Both the position numbers and the translations under genes were made by a program. Of a stretch of DNA of 64,000 bases, positions 44,560 to 58,337 are shown in pieces. Positions within the stretch are counted from its first letter, which is position 1. Every line of letters starts with the position of its first letter. The notes below the pieces were generated by a model. That model was not told where the DNA came from and searched no databases. It saw only the letters and a list, made by a program, of their open reading frames with translations. This DNA comes from the human T2T-CHM13v2.0 reference genome, Homo sapiens, in NCBI RefSeq assembly GCF_009914755.1, contig NC_060942.1; one strand, 5' to 3'.

Positions 44560-44960
44560 TCTGAAGAAATAGAAATGTTAAATTTGCATATTTATGTACA
44601 CTCTCAAAGCTAAAGGTGGTCACGTATTACAGTTTCACCTAATGATACATACATAATGATTGCTCTACTAGAATTATCTGGGGAAGATTCTCTTTTCCTG
44701 GTAAAGAGATTTAAGCATCTGTTGCCATCACCTCTTCCTTCAATCTTGACTGAGGATGTAATGTGTTAATACTGGCAGTTATTTTGTTAGCATGAGAATG
44801 TCAGAGCATCCACCTCTGACATCACCAAACCACTGAACCAATACTAGCAACTTCCTTCCTCAAGGCTTTTTATGGTCTCAGGGGGAAAAAAAAGTCATAT
44901 TTGTTAAAGCCATTGCTTGAGATTTCTATCACCTGAGGCTAGAAGTATTTCTGGCTGCTA
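44560..44960 (+). mobile_element. Old MaLR LTR (MLT1K/L-like)
   Basis: gacatcaccaaaccactgaaccaatac; atatttgttaaagccattg...ttctatcacctg resemble MLT1 3' motifs. Confidence 0.5.
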
Positions 44961-46309
44961 GAAAGTTTATTCCTCACTGAGAAAGCAAAGCTGAAACATT
45001 CCAAGTTATTCCTTTGGTTCTGCCATTGGTTATGGGAAGAAGAATTGGCATGGGCTAAGGAAATTTATGAAAGAATTGGTATGAAGTTAGAAGAAACATT
45101 TTACATAAAATGAAGAGAAATGTCCTTTTGATTTGCCTATGCATGCGCATAACAATGGTGATTTTAAATATCAGAATCATCTAAATTCTGGAGCATTGAA
45201 CATTTAGGTCACAATAAGTGAAATTATTAAAATTTAATTCATTCATGATGAAGATATTTCTAAAACATAGCAAATATTTTGCAAGTTCTATTTAATGCTG
45301 AAACCTTAAAATGTTAGAAACATGAAAACAGAAACTCCTAAGTGCCCATCAGCTTCGATCCTAAGCAAACTAATTGAGAGTTTACCTTAAATTTGTTTTT
45401 ATTGATGATTGCCTAAAACAACTGTGAGGGCCTCTGCTATTGTTCCATTCTGAGGTGTCACTGGGAGTCCCAAACGGGGGATTTACAGAGAGATGCTTTC
45501 CAATGCATCCTAAACCTCCACCGTTTTCTGAACTCAAGAGCTGCTCTCCTTGTTTCCCTTGGCAATTCTCCATTGCCATTCTCCTCATCGGTTTATTACT
45601 CCATAGACCCCATAGGCCAAAAACCCTCTGCTGAGGTCCAACATGCTGTTATTTTGTCCATCTTTAATTTATAAAGCCCATTGGTGAATGTGCTTGTTTT
45701 ACCACTATTGTCTCTAATTGTCATTGATGTTTTGCTCAAACCTCCCAGCCTGCATATTTCAGGTATTTAATTCCTTTTCAAGTTAATAGGAAACATTTTT
45801 CCTTTCTCATACTCAACTATTCTATGGAGAAAAACCCAGACTAGGAATGTTGGGCCTTAAAGATGCAGTTGTTAATAGTTGTTAATAACCCTTTTTAATC
45901 TCAAAACTGGGAAGGTAACCACAGACAACTTGGAAAAAGTAAGTTTTATTATAGGCTAAATTATTCTCATAACCACGGTTTCTTCCTTCTTGCTGTATCA
46001 GACACATGATAACCATGATGATTCTTCTTCTGGGGTCCCATTGTCTTCTTGCAATGTAGCTTTCATCAGCAACTTTGTCTCTCCACTAACCCCACCCCAT
46101 GCTCAGGTGTTCAAACATGCCTGGCATGTTGCTGTCCTAGTTGTGAAGAGTGTTAAACCTGTATTTCATGACCTACTGGGAGTCCCTTCCTCATTTTGGT
46201 TAAATATTAGAGAAATATCACTAACCTCTGCCTACAAGTATATCCAGTTGTTAGATCTGACCCAGTATTTAGAGCCATTTTACATATTTATCTTTTTATA
46301 ATTTCAAAG

Positions 46310-46450
46310 GTAAATATAATTGTTATTTCCATTTTAGGATAATGAAATGAGATTCATGAAAGTTAGGTGGCTAGACCAATATCACATAACTAAACTAATA
46401 GCAAGTGCCATGCCTAGCCTTCTGGCTAGAATCCTTGCTTCATGGTCTTA
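46310..46450 (-). mobile_element. MIR fragment
   Basis: ttatttccattttaggataatgaaatgagattcatgaaagttagg...atcacataac. Confidence 0.6.
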
Positions 46451-46627
46451 TTCTCTCTCTTTCTATGGTTCCCTCTCCATATAAATAAACTGGCACTAAG
46501 CTATTACCAATAAGAACTCAACATCTCTAGAACATATGCAGATGCACAGATATGCATCTCTTCAACTTGAGGAATTCCATTGCTTTAGAGTCTCAAGAAT
46601 ATACCTTAACTAAAGTCTAATCTTTCA

Positions 46628-46978
<351 letters not shown>

Positions 46979-48217
46979 TCAGTTGCTCAACCAAAAATGT
47001 GCAAAAATTAAGAATTAACCTGGACAAATGATAGTTAAAAGTTCAAGAGAAATATAACCATTTTGGGGGTTACTTGATATAAGTTAAATAAAGAGAATTG
47101 AAATATATTTATTTCATTGTTACAAAGACTATCACACTAAAATATAGTTACATACTGGATAATTATGTATGTGACTGTGCCAAACAGCATTTTAATTATA
47201 CTAAAAAATTCCATTAGCTGAGACTTAGCTTCTTCAGAATGTGATACAATACAATCCCTAATGAGCCAAAATTTAACTTACTGCCACCAATAAATGAGAG
47301 GTACTTACTGAGCTAATAAAACATACTAAGTTAAGAATTTTTAAGAACTATATAAATTTAACATTTAGGACATACAATTTTAACATAAGCAAACACTGAT
47401 TATACTGGTGATGTAAAATCCTCATTACAGATTTCTTCATCAAACATCAAAATTGCTTAACCTAGTTCAAATTACTGCTATGATTATCACTTTTCCCTTT
47501 ACAATATTACTTCAGACATCAGAGGAAAGCGGGTGTGAATATGTGGGGATGAGGGGCGTGCATCCTTGCATGTGCTCTATGTACTTCGATTTCACTGTTG
47601 TGTGGTACCTCATGGTGCTGCTCTATTGATAAAAGAAACTTTTGGAGGACATGCACAACTACTGAGTAGATTAAGCTGGAAAAATTGAACTGTAGATTCC
47701 TCTAAAGCACATTTGCATAAAGACAATTGGCCTGAGAGAAGCTATTTTCTGTGTTTCCGTCAAAACCGCCCTGCTATTGATAAAGGACCCAAGAAAACCA
47801 CGAGGTTTTCATTTAGGATCATAATTATCCTTGATGAAAATTATCATGCTTTTGAAGACCTGCCTTAGACAAACAAAACACAATAAAAAAAAAAAAACCA
47901 GTACATTATGGTAGCTTGATGTGTAACATGCATTTGATTGAGAACTAGAATACTAGCTACACTAAATTTTTAAAAGTTCCGAAAAGGACTAATGAAAGTA
48001 CCAGAGAAATTTTTATGGAAGAGAGAGAGAGAATAGGTTCATTGGATGTGAGAAAGTGACTTGGTCATAGAATAAACACTAAATTTTTCAAAGTTTTAAG
48101 TATTCTGTATTTCAGAGTAATATTATTAAGCTTAATTTACATATTTTATTTTTTAACTTTCTAAGTAATTTAGATTGGCCTTGCTCAATAATTTCTCCAA
48201 ATATATGTATAGGAATC

Positions 48218-48271
48218 CTGTCATTTTAAGAAAATCTGTCATTGTAAGAAAACCTGTCATTGTAAAAAAAC
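48218..48271. repeat. 18-bp tandem repeat x3 (ctgtcattKtaaRaaaaY)
   Basis: Copies start at 48218, 48236 and 48254. Confidence 0.85.
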
Positions 48272-48469
48272 TAGTATTGGTGAAATTATTTCAATGTGTA
48301 TATTAATAGCTATTGCCTTATTAAACTATATATAAAAGTGAATATATATATTGAAAAAGAAATAATTTATTAGTGAACTTCATTGAAATAAATTGTAAAT
48401 AATTTTTCCAACACATGGAAAAGCACTATTTAATGTGTTCTTTGTATCAGCCATATTTAGAATAAAAAT

Positions 48470-48630
48470 GCAAGGTAGATATTAGTATTGCCATTTTACA
48501 GATGAGGAAACTATGGCTCAGAATGGTTAAGTGACTTGTCCCAAGTCACACTACAAATAGGCCCAACTGTGGGCCTTAGGAGTCAGACATTCCTAAATTT
48601 TAATACCGTGTATTTCCTCTACACGGTTCT
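48470..48630 (-). mobile_element. MIR SINE core
   Basis: ccattttacagatgaggaaactatggctcagaatggttaagtgacttgtcccaagtcacac. Confidence 0.85.
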
Positions 48631-51194
48631 CTAAAATTACCTACAGTAACATGAAATGCACAGCTCTTCCATGTTAACCACGGTCTTTCTGCTCTCATAG
48701 ATACTGTAGTATAATAACTCCCAGTTTACCCACAAGACTTCCCACCAGACTATGAATCCCTTAAGTCTTCCCTGAAATCTATTCCTGGTATACAGAGTTT
48801 CAATAAATATTGTAATGATGGTTATTTAAAAAAATAAAGCCCCATATTGTAGTGAATGGAAACTTGACTGTGGTATGAGATCAGCTTGATTGAGCCTGCC
48901 ACTCACCAGCTTTATGACTTAGTATAAGTTATTTAGATTTTTGAGGCACTCTCCTACTTTTTGAAAACAGAATGCCTTGCTGAATTTAGGAAGTTTAAAT
49001 CATTTAATGTAAGCAAGACGTTATGCACATAAATGTTCCATGAACATGACTTTAGTGCCATGAGACCTGCACAGCCAGCAAAAGACCTGAAATAGGCAGA
49101 ACCATTCAGATTGCATAAAAATGTCTACGTGAATTTTTGTCTGGCTAGATCCAAATAATATTCTATTAATATACAATTCAATTATAATAAGGAGATTATA
49201 GAAGCAGGTTAGCCGCAGTGTGTATGTTTGTGGTGTGTGTGCATGTGTGTGTGTGTGCACACGCTGGGGACAGGAAAGGTGTGGAAATTCTCCAACCCAT
49301 GGAGAGAAAATAATTGAATAAAAGTACAACTTGAACCTGTAAGTTTATGGTAGATAATACATATGTACACCATAGTGTACTTTATATATTTTGTAAGTAT
49401 AGTTTTAACTTACAGTTTCATATTCACACTGACTTATTAGGTAGCACAGTTTATCTATAATGCAAGTCAAATCACCCTGAATATAAACTGTTCTCAGGTT
49501 GAGCTTCCTGGCACATCAGGGAGAGAAAAGATGGGAATAAGTTTTCTGTGAGAAGACATATAACCGTCTTCAACTTGCTAGAGATTACAAAAATTATTTC
49601 CTGAATTTGTCTTTCAACCCTGGAAAGATTTGTAATTAAGTAAAAAGATAATAAAAGCAAATAAACTCACTGATTTAATTATTTGATGATAAAGTAAGGG
49701 ATATGGTTTTAATCACTAGAACAATCTGCATCTATTTGGCATTGAAAGGCCAACAATGCTTAATAAACGTTATCATTATAGAGATTTTGAAAGACTGGAC
49801 TTAAGATTTCAATTTTAAAATGTCTAATTAAGTAAATGACCTTAAGTTGTGGCAGCAATGTGGCATCACAGCAACTTGACAATGTTTTAATGATTGTTGG
49901 AATGTTTAAATGAACTAATAAGACTTACTATACTTAATTTTTTTTAATTTAAACTATTTAAAAATAAAATTGATTATATTTGAAAGTACAATTTAAAACG
50001 TATGAAGGGATATAATTACTAAGTTAAAAGTAAAATAAATAGACTAATGATATTTTTTAGTTGAATTTAAACACAAATTGAGGCATTTTTATGATGTGTC
50101 AAAAAACAATGGTAGTTTAACTCTCATCTCTACATAGTCTTTGCTGTACATAAACATTTCTTTCAGATTAAAAAAAAATTCACCCTTGTAAAACACCATT
50201 TGATAAATCTTAGTTTTCTTCAAGCTATTTGTCATACTACACTATCACAGTTTGGCTAGCTCATATTAAAATTGCTTCATATTATTCTGTAACTATATAG
50301 ATAAATGGTCAATAACAACAAAAATCCATATACAATAAAAATATAAATTTTAAAATTAATTTTCGAGAGGGAAGAGTCTGTCTATCATGATTATGCTTAT
50401 GGTTTCAATAGCAAATTGAATTTATGACATTAATAATTATCTTCTTTACTGATATATGGTGAAAAGTGGTAGTTCTGAGGTTACCTAATTTTGCTCCCTG
50501 TTTGGCAAGCAAAAGAAACCAGAATGTTGAGCTTCCTGGCACATTAGGGAGAGAAAGACAGCAGGCTGGGGCCAACGAAAGAGTCCTATATTTCATTTTA
50601 AATTATTACCTGTACCATTCTAAAATTCTCCCGAAGTACACTCAGAGACTTAGGAAAAGATTATATCCCATCACGATCTTTTATTAATGGTTCATTGGAG
50701 AATTGAGAGAAGATTTTGTCCAAGTTTGAAACAAATCATGCAGAGGGAAAATATCAGGATGCAGTGTACAAGAAAAATTAGCAATAGCGATAAAGTGAAG
50801 GCAGGAGAGAGGCCACATTGCAACCTGAAAAACAGATAAGAATCCCAGTGGAATCCTGTGAGAATCCTAGAAAATCAAAAGAAATTCTGAGATCTCAGGT
50901 GTTATAGGGTGTCAGAAGTCAAATTATGTGTTTGTATTTTAAAAATGAATAACCCCAAAATGCTGGATATCATAAGAATTTCAATACAGGAACATCTTCA
51001 TGCATGCCCGAACATCTAGCTCTAAAGTTGGAATGTTTAAATCCCATGAATATATATTGTGAAGATAATTTTAGCATATTAAATACAGAGCCAGAATTAA
51101 TCAGAATACTGGGCTGAAGCCCTGGATTTTTCTAAACCTGTGACATGGGACAAGTCTCTGGGTCTCCATTTGTTTTATTATGAATACTTACTAT

Positions 51195-51400
51195 ACTAGC
51201 TTACAATCTGCCAGCTGCTATTCTATGGGCTTTACATATTAAACTTAACTTTTACAACAACCCTATGGAAGGTTCTGTTATTATAATCCTTTTACATCTT
51301 GAAGGGAATGAGGCACAGAAATATTAAGTAACTGGCCAGAAGTCATGCAATGTTAGTACATTGTAGTGGCAGGATTTGAACTTAGGAAGTTTGGCTCCAA
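51195..51400 (-). mobile_element. MIR SINE
   Basis: acaacaaccctatggaagg...aatgaggcacagaaatattaagtaactggccagaagtca...ggcaggatttgaacttagg. Confidence 0.8.
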
Positions 51401-51876
51401 CCAACTGGAAATAATTTCCTGCTTGTCTTTCTTTACCTCAGCAAACTTTTGCAGAGCTCCCAAGGAATGCATGGTGATATATTTTACAATGGTTAGCCCA
51501 GTTCCATCCCTGATCTCGAAGAGCACATAATTCTAAAGTAAATTCTAAAGTAAAAAGGCTTTCTAAACTCACCTTAAACATAGATAACATGTTTCTTTGG
51601 AAACATACTTAGCAATTTATAGATCTTAGTATAAAGAAAAATGATGTTATTAACACATTTATAAATATTCAGATAATTATTTTTACTCTTCCCTTAAGCA
51701 TTTTGCATAATTTAAAACAAGATTTTATTTATTCCAAAATATGTAAGGCAGCTTGTATCAAAATAAATAGTTTGAAATTTAAATTTGGAGAAATGGTGGG
51801 TCAGATTATTTGGATAATTAGTTCCTACAATTCAATTTAATGGCATATGCTCCATCTATTTCCTAACATATTTAGA

Positions 51877-52077
51877 AATGTTTCCAACTCAATGCTATGG
51901 TTTCCATGAGGAGGGATTTTTATTTTGAGACAGCTAAACTACTATATAATATTACCAGGTCTTATAAGTGACTTTAATAAATTTCTTAGATGTTTATTAA
52001 AATGACTAGTCTGTTGGACAGCAGAGAGAGGAATGTTTCTAACTCACTGCTGTGGTTTCCATGAGGAGGGGTTTTTA
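51877..52077. repeat. 46-bp direct repeat (42/46 identical) separated by a 109-bp unrelated spacer
   Basis: aatgtttccaactcaatgctatggtttccatgaggagggattttta (51877-51922) vs aatgtttctaactcactgctgtggtttccatgaggaggggttttta (52032-52077). Confidence 0.9.
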
Positions 52078-52534
52078 CTTGCTCTCCTCTTACCTCTTTC
52101 CACGGGGGCAAAGTTACCTGCTGATAAATATAGAGGGGAACTGCCAAATAGTCTAGACTCCAGTCCTGATGTTTCTTGGGAATCAGCCTTACCTGAGAGT
52201 AAGATTAAGTGTTCTAATCCATGCCTCCAGGTTAAGAGTACTGTAAGGACAGATTTCCATGTGCGGTTTCCAGCACCACTTGGGGCTGGGTGGGAAACTT
52301 TGCCAAAATCTACTCTTAAGTATTAGGGAGTTCATCTTTGTCACATTCTTCCAAACTGGGCTTTCTCACTAATAGAGCTTACATTTCAATCTCTGATCCT
52401 TTGTTCCCTCGACAGGATCATAATGTAAGCAGGGAAGGAGAAGTGCAATCCTGCCCTCCTCAAAACTGTGACACAATCTAAACTCTCCCACAGAGATGGG
52501 GCAATCAATGTGAGGACTTAGCAAAAGAATGCAG

Positions 52535-52665
52535 AAAGAAACACAGACCTAACAACACCTTTATTTTAGCCTAATGATACCCATTCAGACTTTTGATTTC
52601 CATAAATGTAAAATAATAAATTTCTGTTGTTATAAGCTACTAAGTTTATGGTAACTTGATAACCT
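52535..52665 (+). mobile_element. MLT1 (MLT1C/D-like) LTR 3' fragment
   Basis: caacacctttattttagcc...cagacttttgatttccataaatgtaaaataataaatttctgttgttataagctactaagtttatggtaacttg. Confidence 0.7.
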
Positions 52666-52879
52666 TATACATACATGGATGATCACAATTTTTACAAAAG
52701 CATAGAAGGGAGAGCTCTGCTTTCATGCAGGTGAACATTGGCCTGAATTTAAGTTATTCATGAGTAGAAACTTCCTATCATTTTTAGGTATGATTTTATT
52801 GAGAGTTCTACAAATATAAGCCTCATTGTACATCATATATTGAAGGATTTAGATTCAAGTGGCAATAATGTCTGTATAT

Positions 52880-53194
52880 ATTTATGTATTTTTGAAACAG
52901 TGTCTCACTATGTTACCCAGGTTGGAATGCAGTGACAGGATCACAGCTCACTGCAGCCTTGACCTCCTGGGATCAAACAATCTTCCCATCTCAACCTCCT
53001 GAGTATTTGAGACCACAGGCATGCACCACCGCATTTGGCTCGGTTTCTTTCTTTCTTCTTTTTTTTTTTTTTTTTGTAGAGATAGGGTCTTGCTATCTTG
53101 CCCAGGCTGGTCTCAAACTCCTGGCCTCAATTAATCCTCCTGTCTTGGCCCCACAAAGTGCTGGGATTACAGGTGTGAGCCATCGCATCCAACC
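52880..53194 (-). mobile_element. AluJ
   Basis: gatcacagctcactgcagccttgacctcctggg; expanded T-rich linker; caaagtgctgggattacaggtgtgagcc. Confidence 0.92.
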
Positions 53195-54741
53195 ATTTAT
53201 ATTGGATAATTTGTGTAAATCATGTATCTTCTGGTCTTCAGTGGCACATAATGTTATGATTAAACTACAAGGACATAAAAGCAATTTGGGCACATCTTTT
53301 AAAACATGTTTAAATAAACATTATGGTTTAACAAACTTTGCCAAGAACTGTCACAAGAAGCAAGAAACGAACACTCTTTAATACCAGATGTGAAGTGATT
53401 TCTCCTAGCGTAAAGTCAAAATACATTAGTGACTCAGCCCTGTGACAGCTTGTACCCTGGAGATTATCTCTTCAAAGTGCAGAGACAGACTGAAAAAAAT
53501 TAATGATATGTTTGTTTGAGAATCAACTTAAATGTCTGCATATGAAATACTGAAATAATGTTTCTTAGCAGAGTCATATTTTTTAATTTGTTAAGACAAT
53601 ATAGTAGGGAATACTAATTTTATTTTGAATCTTTCATTAGTATTTCCAACTTTCAGGGCACCACATACAGTTTTGACAGGAGAATAGGAGCAGAAATTCA
53701 GCCTGAGGTCCACTTACTAAACTGGGGCTGGCATGGGGATATACCTGCCCCATATGGAGGAAGGAGTGTCACCTTGTCAAGTCAGGCACTTTGCAGGACT
53801 TTATCCATCCAGAAAGGACATCTTTTCCTAGATTTCACAAAGGTTTTCTATGGACTGGTGACAGATCAGCATGTGATACAACAGACCACTATTCAAAATA
53901 TAAAACCAAATATAATATCTTTGGCTAAAGTAGTATCTAAATATCATAAGTTTGCAATCATCCCTTTACATGGTTTGAAGTGGTGGTACTAATGGTGATC
54001 ACATTTTGGATTTATCGATAAAGTAGAAATTTGCCTGAAATGTGTTGATAGGTATTATCTTGTTTTGCTTATATAAGTACACAGGCCAAGTTAATATGAG
54101 TAAATGTCTATCAATGTCCAAGATTTGTAACTTCTATCTTAGTATAATTATGCAATTAAAAAATGTTTCTCTATGTTCTGTACCTACTGAAAGCTATGAT
54201 TTGCTACAATCCTTTCTCGGTAAGCTATGAAGGGGAAACTGAGTGAGTAGTAGTTATTTAGTACCAAGGACTTGAAGAATAAAAAATACTTCTGCATATT
54301 TAAGTGCTGACATAGATATTTTAGTGTCAGAAGAAGATGTTCATTATACATTGTTATATGAAATAAATAGATTACCAAAAATATTTTATATGACCTAATG
54401 CATAGTCTTTTGTGGGGAGGTATGGGTAATTACTCACAGATAAAATTCTAGAAGTACACAGGCCAAGATGTTACAATGTTTATCTCCATTTCAGTAATAA
54501 TATATTTTTAAGTTATTCATTTGTGCAGACATATTTTCTAATGTTTCAATGATGCTAAAGTTTATTTTTTTAATTGTCAAAAAAAAAAACCTTCTTTCCT
54601 TAGGGTAGTTTTTGCTACTAGGGAAGAGGAGCAAACAAGAAAATGACATATGTATATGCTATCACTCTCATTCAGATCAGCACTATTTCCCGCTAGTAAT
54701 ATTTCAGTGGATACCTAAGTGATCTATTAATCCAAAATCTC

Positions 54742-55248
54742 TGTACTAGTCAGGAATTTTCAGAGAAACAGAATCAACAGTATGTGTGTATACGAAATTT
54801 GCTCACATGATTATGGAGGCTGCGAAGTCCCAATATCTGCATTCAGCATGCTGGAGACCCATCAGAGCTGATGATGATGCAGTTCCAGCCTAAGTCCAAA
54901 GTCCTGAGAACCAGGGAAGTCAATGGTGAACATTCGAGTCCGAAAGCTGGCAGGGTAAAAACCCAAGAGCCGATGTTTTAGTTCATGTCCCAAAGCAGGA
55001 AAAGATCAAAGTCCCAGCTCAAAGCAGTCAGGCAGGGGCAGTTCCAGCTTACTCAGATTTTTTGTTCTATTCAGGCCTTCAACTGATTGGATGAGGGCCA
55101 TTCATATTATGGAGGACAATCTGTGTTATTCCATCTACCAATTCAAATATTAATCTTACCCCAAAACACTTCACAGACAAATCTGTAATAATGTTTGACC
55201 AAATATCTGGGCACCCAGTCAAGTAGATACATAAAATTAATCATTGCA
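54742..55248 (-). mobile_element. MLT2B-like solo LTR (ERVL)
   Basis: tgtactagtcagg...cagagaaacagaatc; ttcaactgattggatgagggcca; ccagtcaagtagatacataaaattaatcattgca terminus. Confidence 0.85.
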
Positions 55249-55329
55249 CATGCCTTGTTTTTATACATGCTGCTGCTGTACTTATTCATTTGGTTCATAT
55301 TTGACTATGTCTTTTCCCTTATTAGAAAC

Positions 55330-55720
55330 CTTAAATCATTTGCCTTTTATGTAGACTAAAAACCAAACTCCACAATTTGGCAGAAGTACAGCAATTTGGT
55401 CCTAATCTCCCATCACCCCACACATGTACCCTACACTCAAGCTATATTGCTCAGTGCTTTTCCTCAAAAGAATAAGATTTTTTCCTTTGTCTTTTTTTCT
55501 GTAACATAGCTTTCTGAGTACTAAAGGCTATTCCTCACTTTTTCTACTAGAAAATAACTTATTCATTTTTTTGATCTAGTTCCAAATAAATGATTTTTCT
55601 TTTAAGAAATCTCAGATTATCCACTTAAATCCATCTCTCCATTGTGGTCCCATAGCTTTTGTTCACATTGCCTTTATAAGATACTATATTATGTTATACT
55701 GTATTATCAAGCATATAATT
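55330..55720 (-). mobile_element. Degraded LINE-2 fragment
   Basis: Pyrimidine-rich L2-like 3' motifs. Weak similarity. Confidence 0.4.
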
Positions 55721-55899
55721 TCATTTCTTGAATTATCCTCATTGAAATATTTCAACGAGAACCATAGAACATTCACCTTTCTTTATTCAATGCATCTCAT
55801 CGTGTCTTGAAAATAGTATGCCCAGAAAAAATCTCAAGAACAAAGGAGAAATAAAGACTTTATGAGAAAAATACACCTTAAGAAAACTCATTTCAAACC

Positions 55900-56658
55900 T
55901 ATCTACAGTATGGACATGATAATGGAGGAAATAAAATTTATAATGTTTGGAAGGAAAGAAGCACATTTCACTATTCACAGATGATATAATTAGTTATGTA
56001 GAAATTTCCACAAAATCCACAAAAAGGTGTTATAACTAATAATTGAGTATAGCAAAATCACATGATACAAAGCTACTACAAATATTCAACTCCATTTTTA
56101 CATAACAGCAAAGCCGATTAAAAATTTGTATTAAAAGTACCATTTACAATATCAAAACTCATTAAGTTATTAAGTATAAATCTAAAAATATGTACAGGGT
56201 CAGAATGCTAAAAATTATAAAACACTGATGAAAGAGATCAGAGAACACCTAAGTAAATGGAGTTATTTCCATTTATAATGGAATGTTATTATGTCATTTC
56301 TCCCTAAATTGATCTGAAAATATGATGCAATTTTAACTAAATCACAACAGGAATTTTTTGGAGAAATTCACATGAAATTTAAAATTCATTTGGAAAGGCA
56401 AAGAAACTAAAAAAATTTTGAAAAAGTAAAAATTTGAAGGATTAAAATGATATAATTTTAATACTAACTCTAAAGCTACAATAATCAAGACAGTGTTGCA
56501 TCAATGAAAGCAGAAATATAAATCAACATAACAGAATACAGAGTGCAGAAATAAGCCCATATGCTTATGGTGAATCATTTTTGACAAAGTGCAAAGTTAA
56601 TTCAATGGAGAAAAAATAATCCCTAACACACAGTATTGGAATATGAGACACTCACACA

Positions 56659-56700
<42 letters not shown>

Positions 56701-57490
56701 ACATATATATACATATACACATATACATAACATATATATACATATACACATGTACCTCAATCCAAACCTCATATCCTGTACAAAACTTAACACAAAATAG
56801 AACATACACCTAAAAGTAAAACCTTAAAAAGAAAAAAAAAATAGAAAAATTATATATTATCTAAACTAAGAACCTCTACTCTTTTAAAGACATAAGAGAA
56901 TAGAAAGTAAAGCCATAGCTTGGAACACAGTATTTTCAAAACACACATTTGAACACAGAATTATAACCATAATACTTAAAGAACTATCAAAACTGTAAGA
57001 AATCAACTAAATAAACAACAGCAAAATATTTCAAACATCTGCCAAAGAAGATACATAAACAGCAAATCACACATGAATCTATGCTCGATCATTAGTTATT
57101 AGAGAAATGTAAATACAATCCTCAATAAGATTCCATTATACAGGTATTAGAATGGCAATACTAAAATTAAAAATAAAACTGGCAATACTAAGTGTTGACA
57201 GGATACAGAGCAACTGAGATGCTCATACATTGGTAGCGAGAAAACAAAACTGTACATTTCCTTTGAAAAATATTTTCACAATTATTAAACATATATTTAT
57301 CAACTGATCAAGAAGTCTCAGTCCCAGGTATTTATACAAGAAAAATGAACTTTCTTATTCACAGAAAGTTTTGTGGATGAAGGTTGATAGCTTTTCTATT
57401 CACAATCACTAAACCCAAAAACAACTCAAATGTCCTACAACCAGTAAAATGTGGTTCTTCCATACCATGGAATATTAGTGAGCTGTAAAA
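55900..57490 (+). mobile_element. Ancient L1M (L1MC/MD-like) ORF2 3' half
   Basis: tcactattcacagatgatataatt (SLFTDDII, RT motif); taaagctacaataatcaagacagtg; acagaatacagagtgcagaaataagccc. Confidence 0.78.
56648..56750. repeat. (CA)n/(TA)n microsatellite
   Basis: Read directly from the sequence. Confidence 0.9.
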
Positions 57491-57589
57491 GACATCAGAG
57501 CTCACTCTACTCAGGAAATGAAGATAATACTAAAGACCAGCTCATAGAACACATAAATTTAGCTAAGTATTTTTTCTTGGAACTTCACA

Positions 57590-58292
57590 AATGCATAGTT
57601 TTTGTCTTAGGTATTAGTTATTAGTTATTGCTAATAATGCCAGTATTTGCTTATATGTTGTTATATGAAAATGATGGTGTTATAGAGAAATAATTTGTGT
57701 CTACAGCTTCGTTATTGTCAAAAACTCAACTAGCTCTAAATTGTATAAAACTATGAAAGCTTGTGTTTTCATCACGAAGTCTGTATTTGTGTTTTGAATT
57801 TTCAATTTTTTAGGACTGTGTTCTGATGGCATGATTTTAATGAAAGAAAACATTCTGGAAATGTTACACAGATAAAGAAGTTTGTATCATATCAGATTGT
57901 TAATCACCAGACTGCTTCACTCATCAGAAACACTTACTATGAATGAAAAAATAAAATCAGTTGAACTAAACAGTTTATTTGGTGACATTGTAAAACTTTG
58001 ATACTACATAAAAACTAATATGTACTATTCTTCCTATATTATTCTCATTATGTTTTAATATGCAAGTTCATCATAAACAACTCTTATGGCATGCTGAAAT
58101 GCAGTATATATTCTAGTTTTAAAATAAGATTTATTGACAATGTTTGAATTACTGAATGCACCATTCTGCAAGAAATTTCTGTAATATAAGAAACTGATTT
58201 GATCCTAACTTAAAAATACATAAAATAAACAGCAAGTCTAATGTCTTTAGTAAATTATTTTAATACTTTCATGCCTGGAAGACAGACACACA

Positions 58293-58337
<45 letters not shown>

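Noticed and set aside
51877-52077. Repeat-spacer-repeat as CRISPR or a retroelement TSD
   Set aside because: Only two copies, a 109-bp spacer, and no poly(A) or TIR. Kept as an unexplained direct repeat.
52932-53381. 149-aa ORF (and other Alu-overlapping ORFs such as 1597, 20940, 27494, 39494, 46625)
   Set aside because: Typical Alu-derived reading frames with no independent coding evidence.
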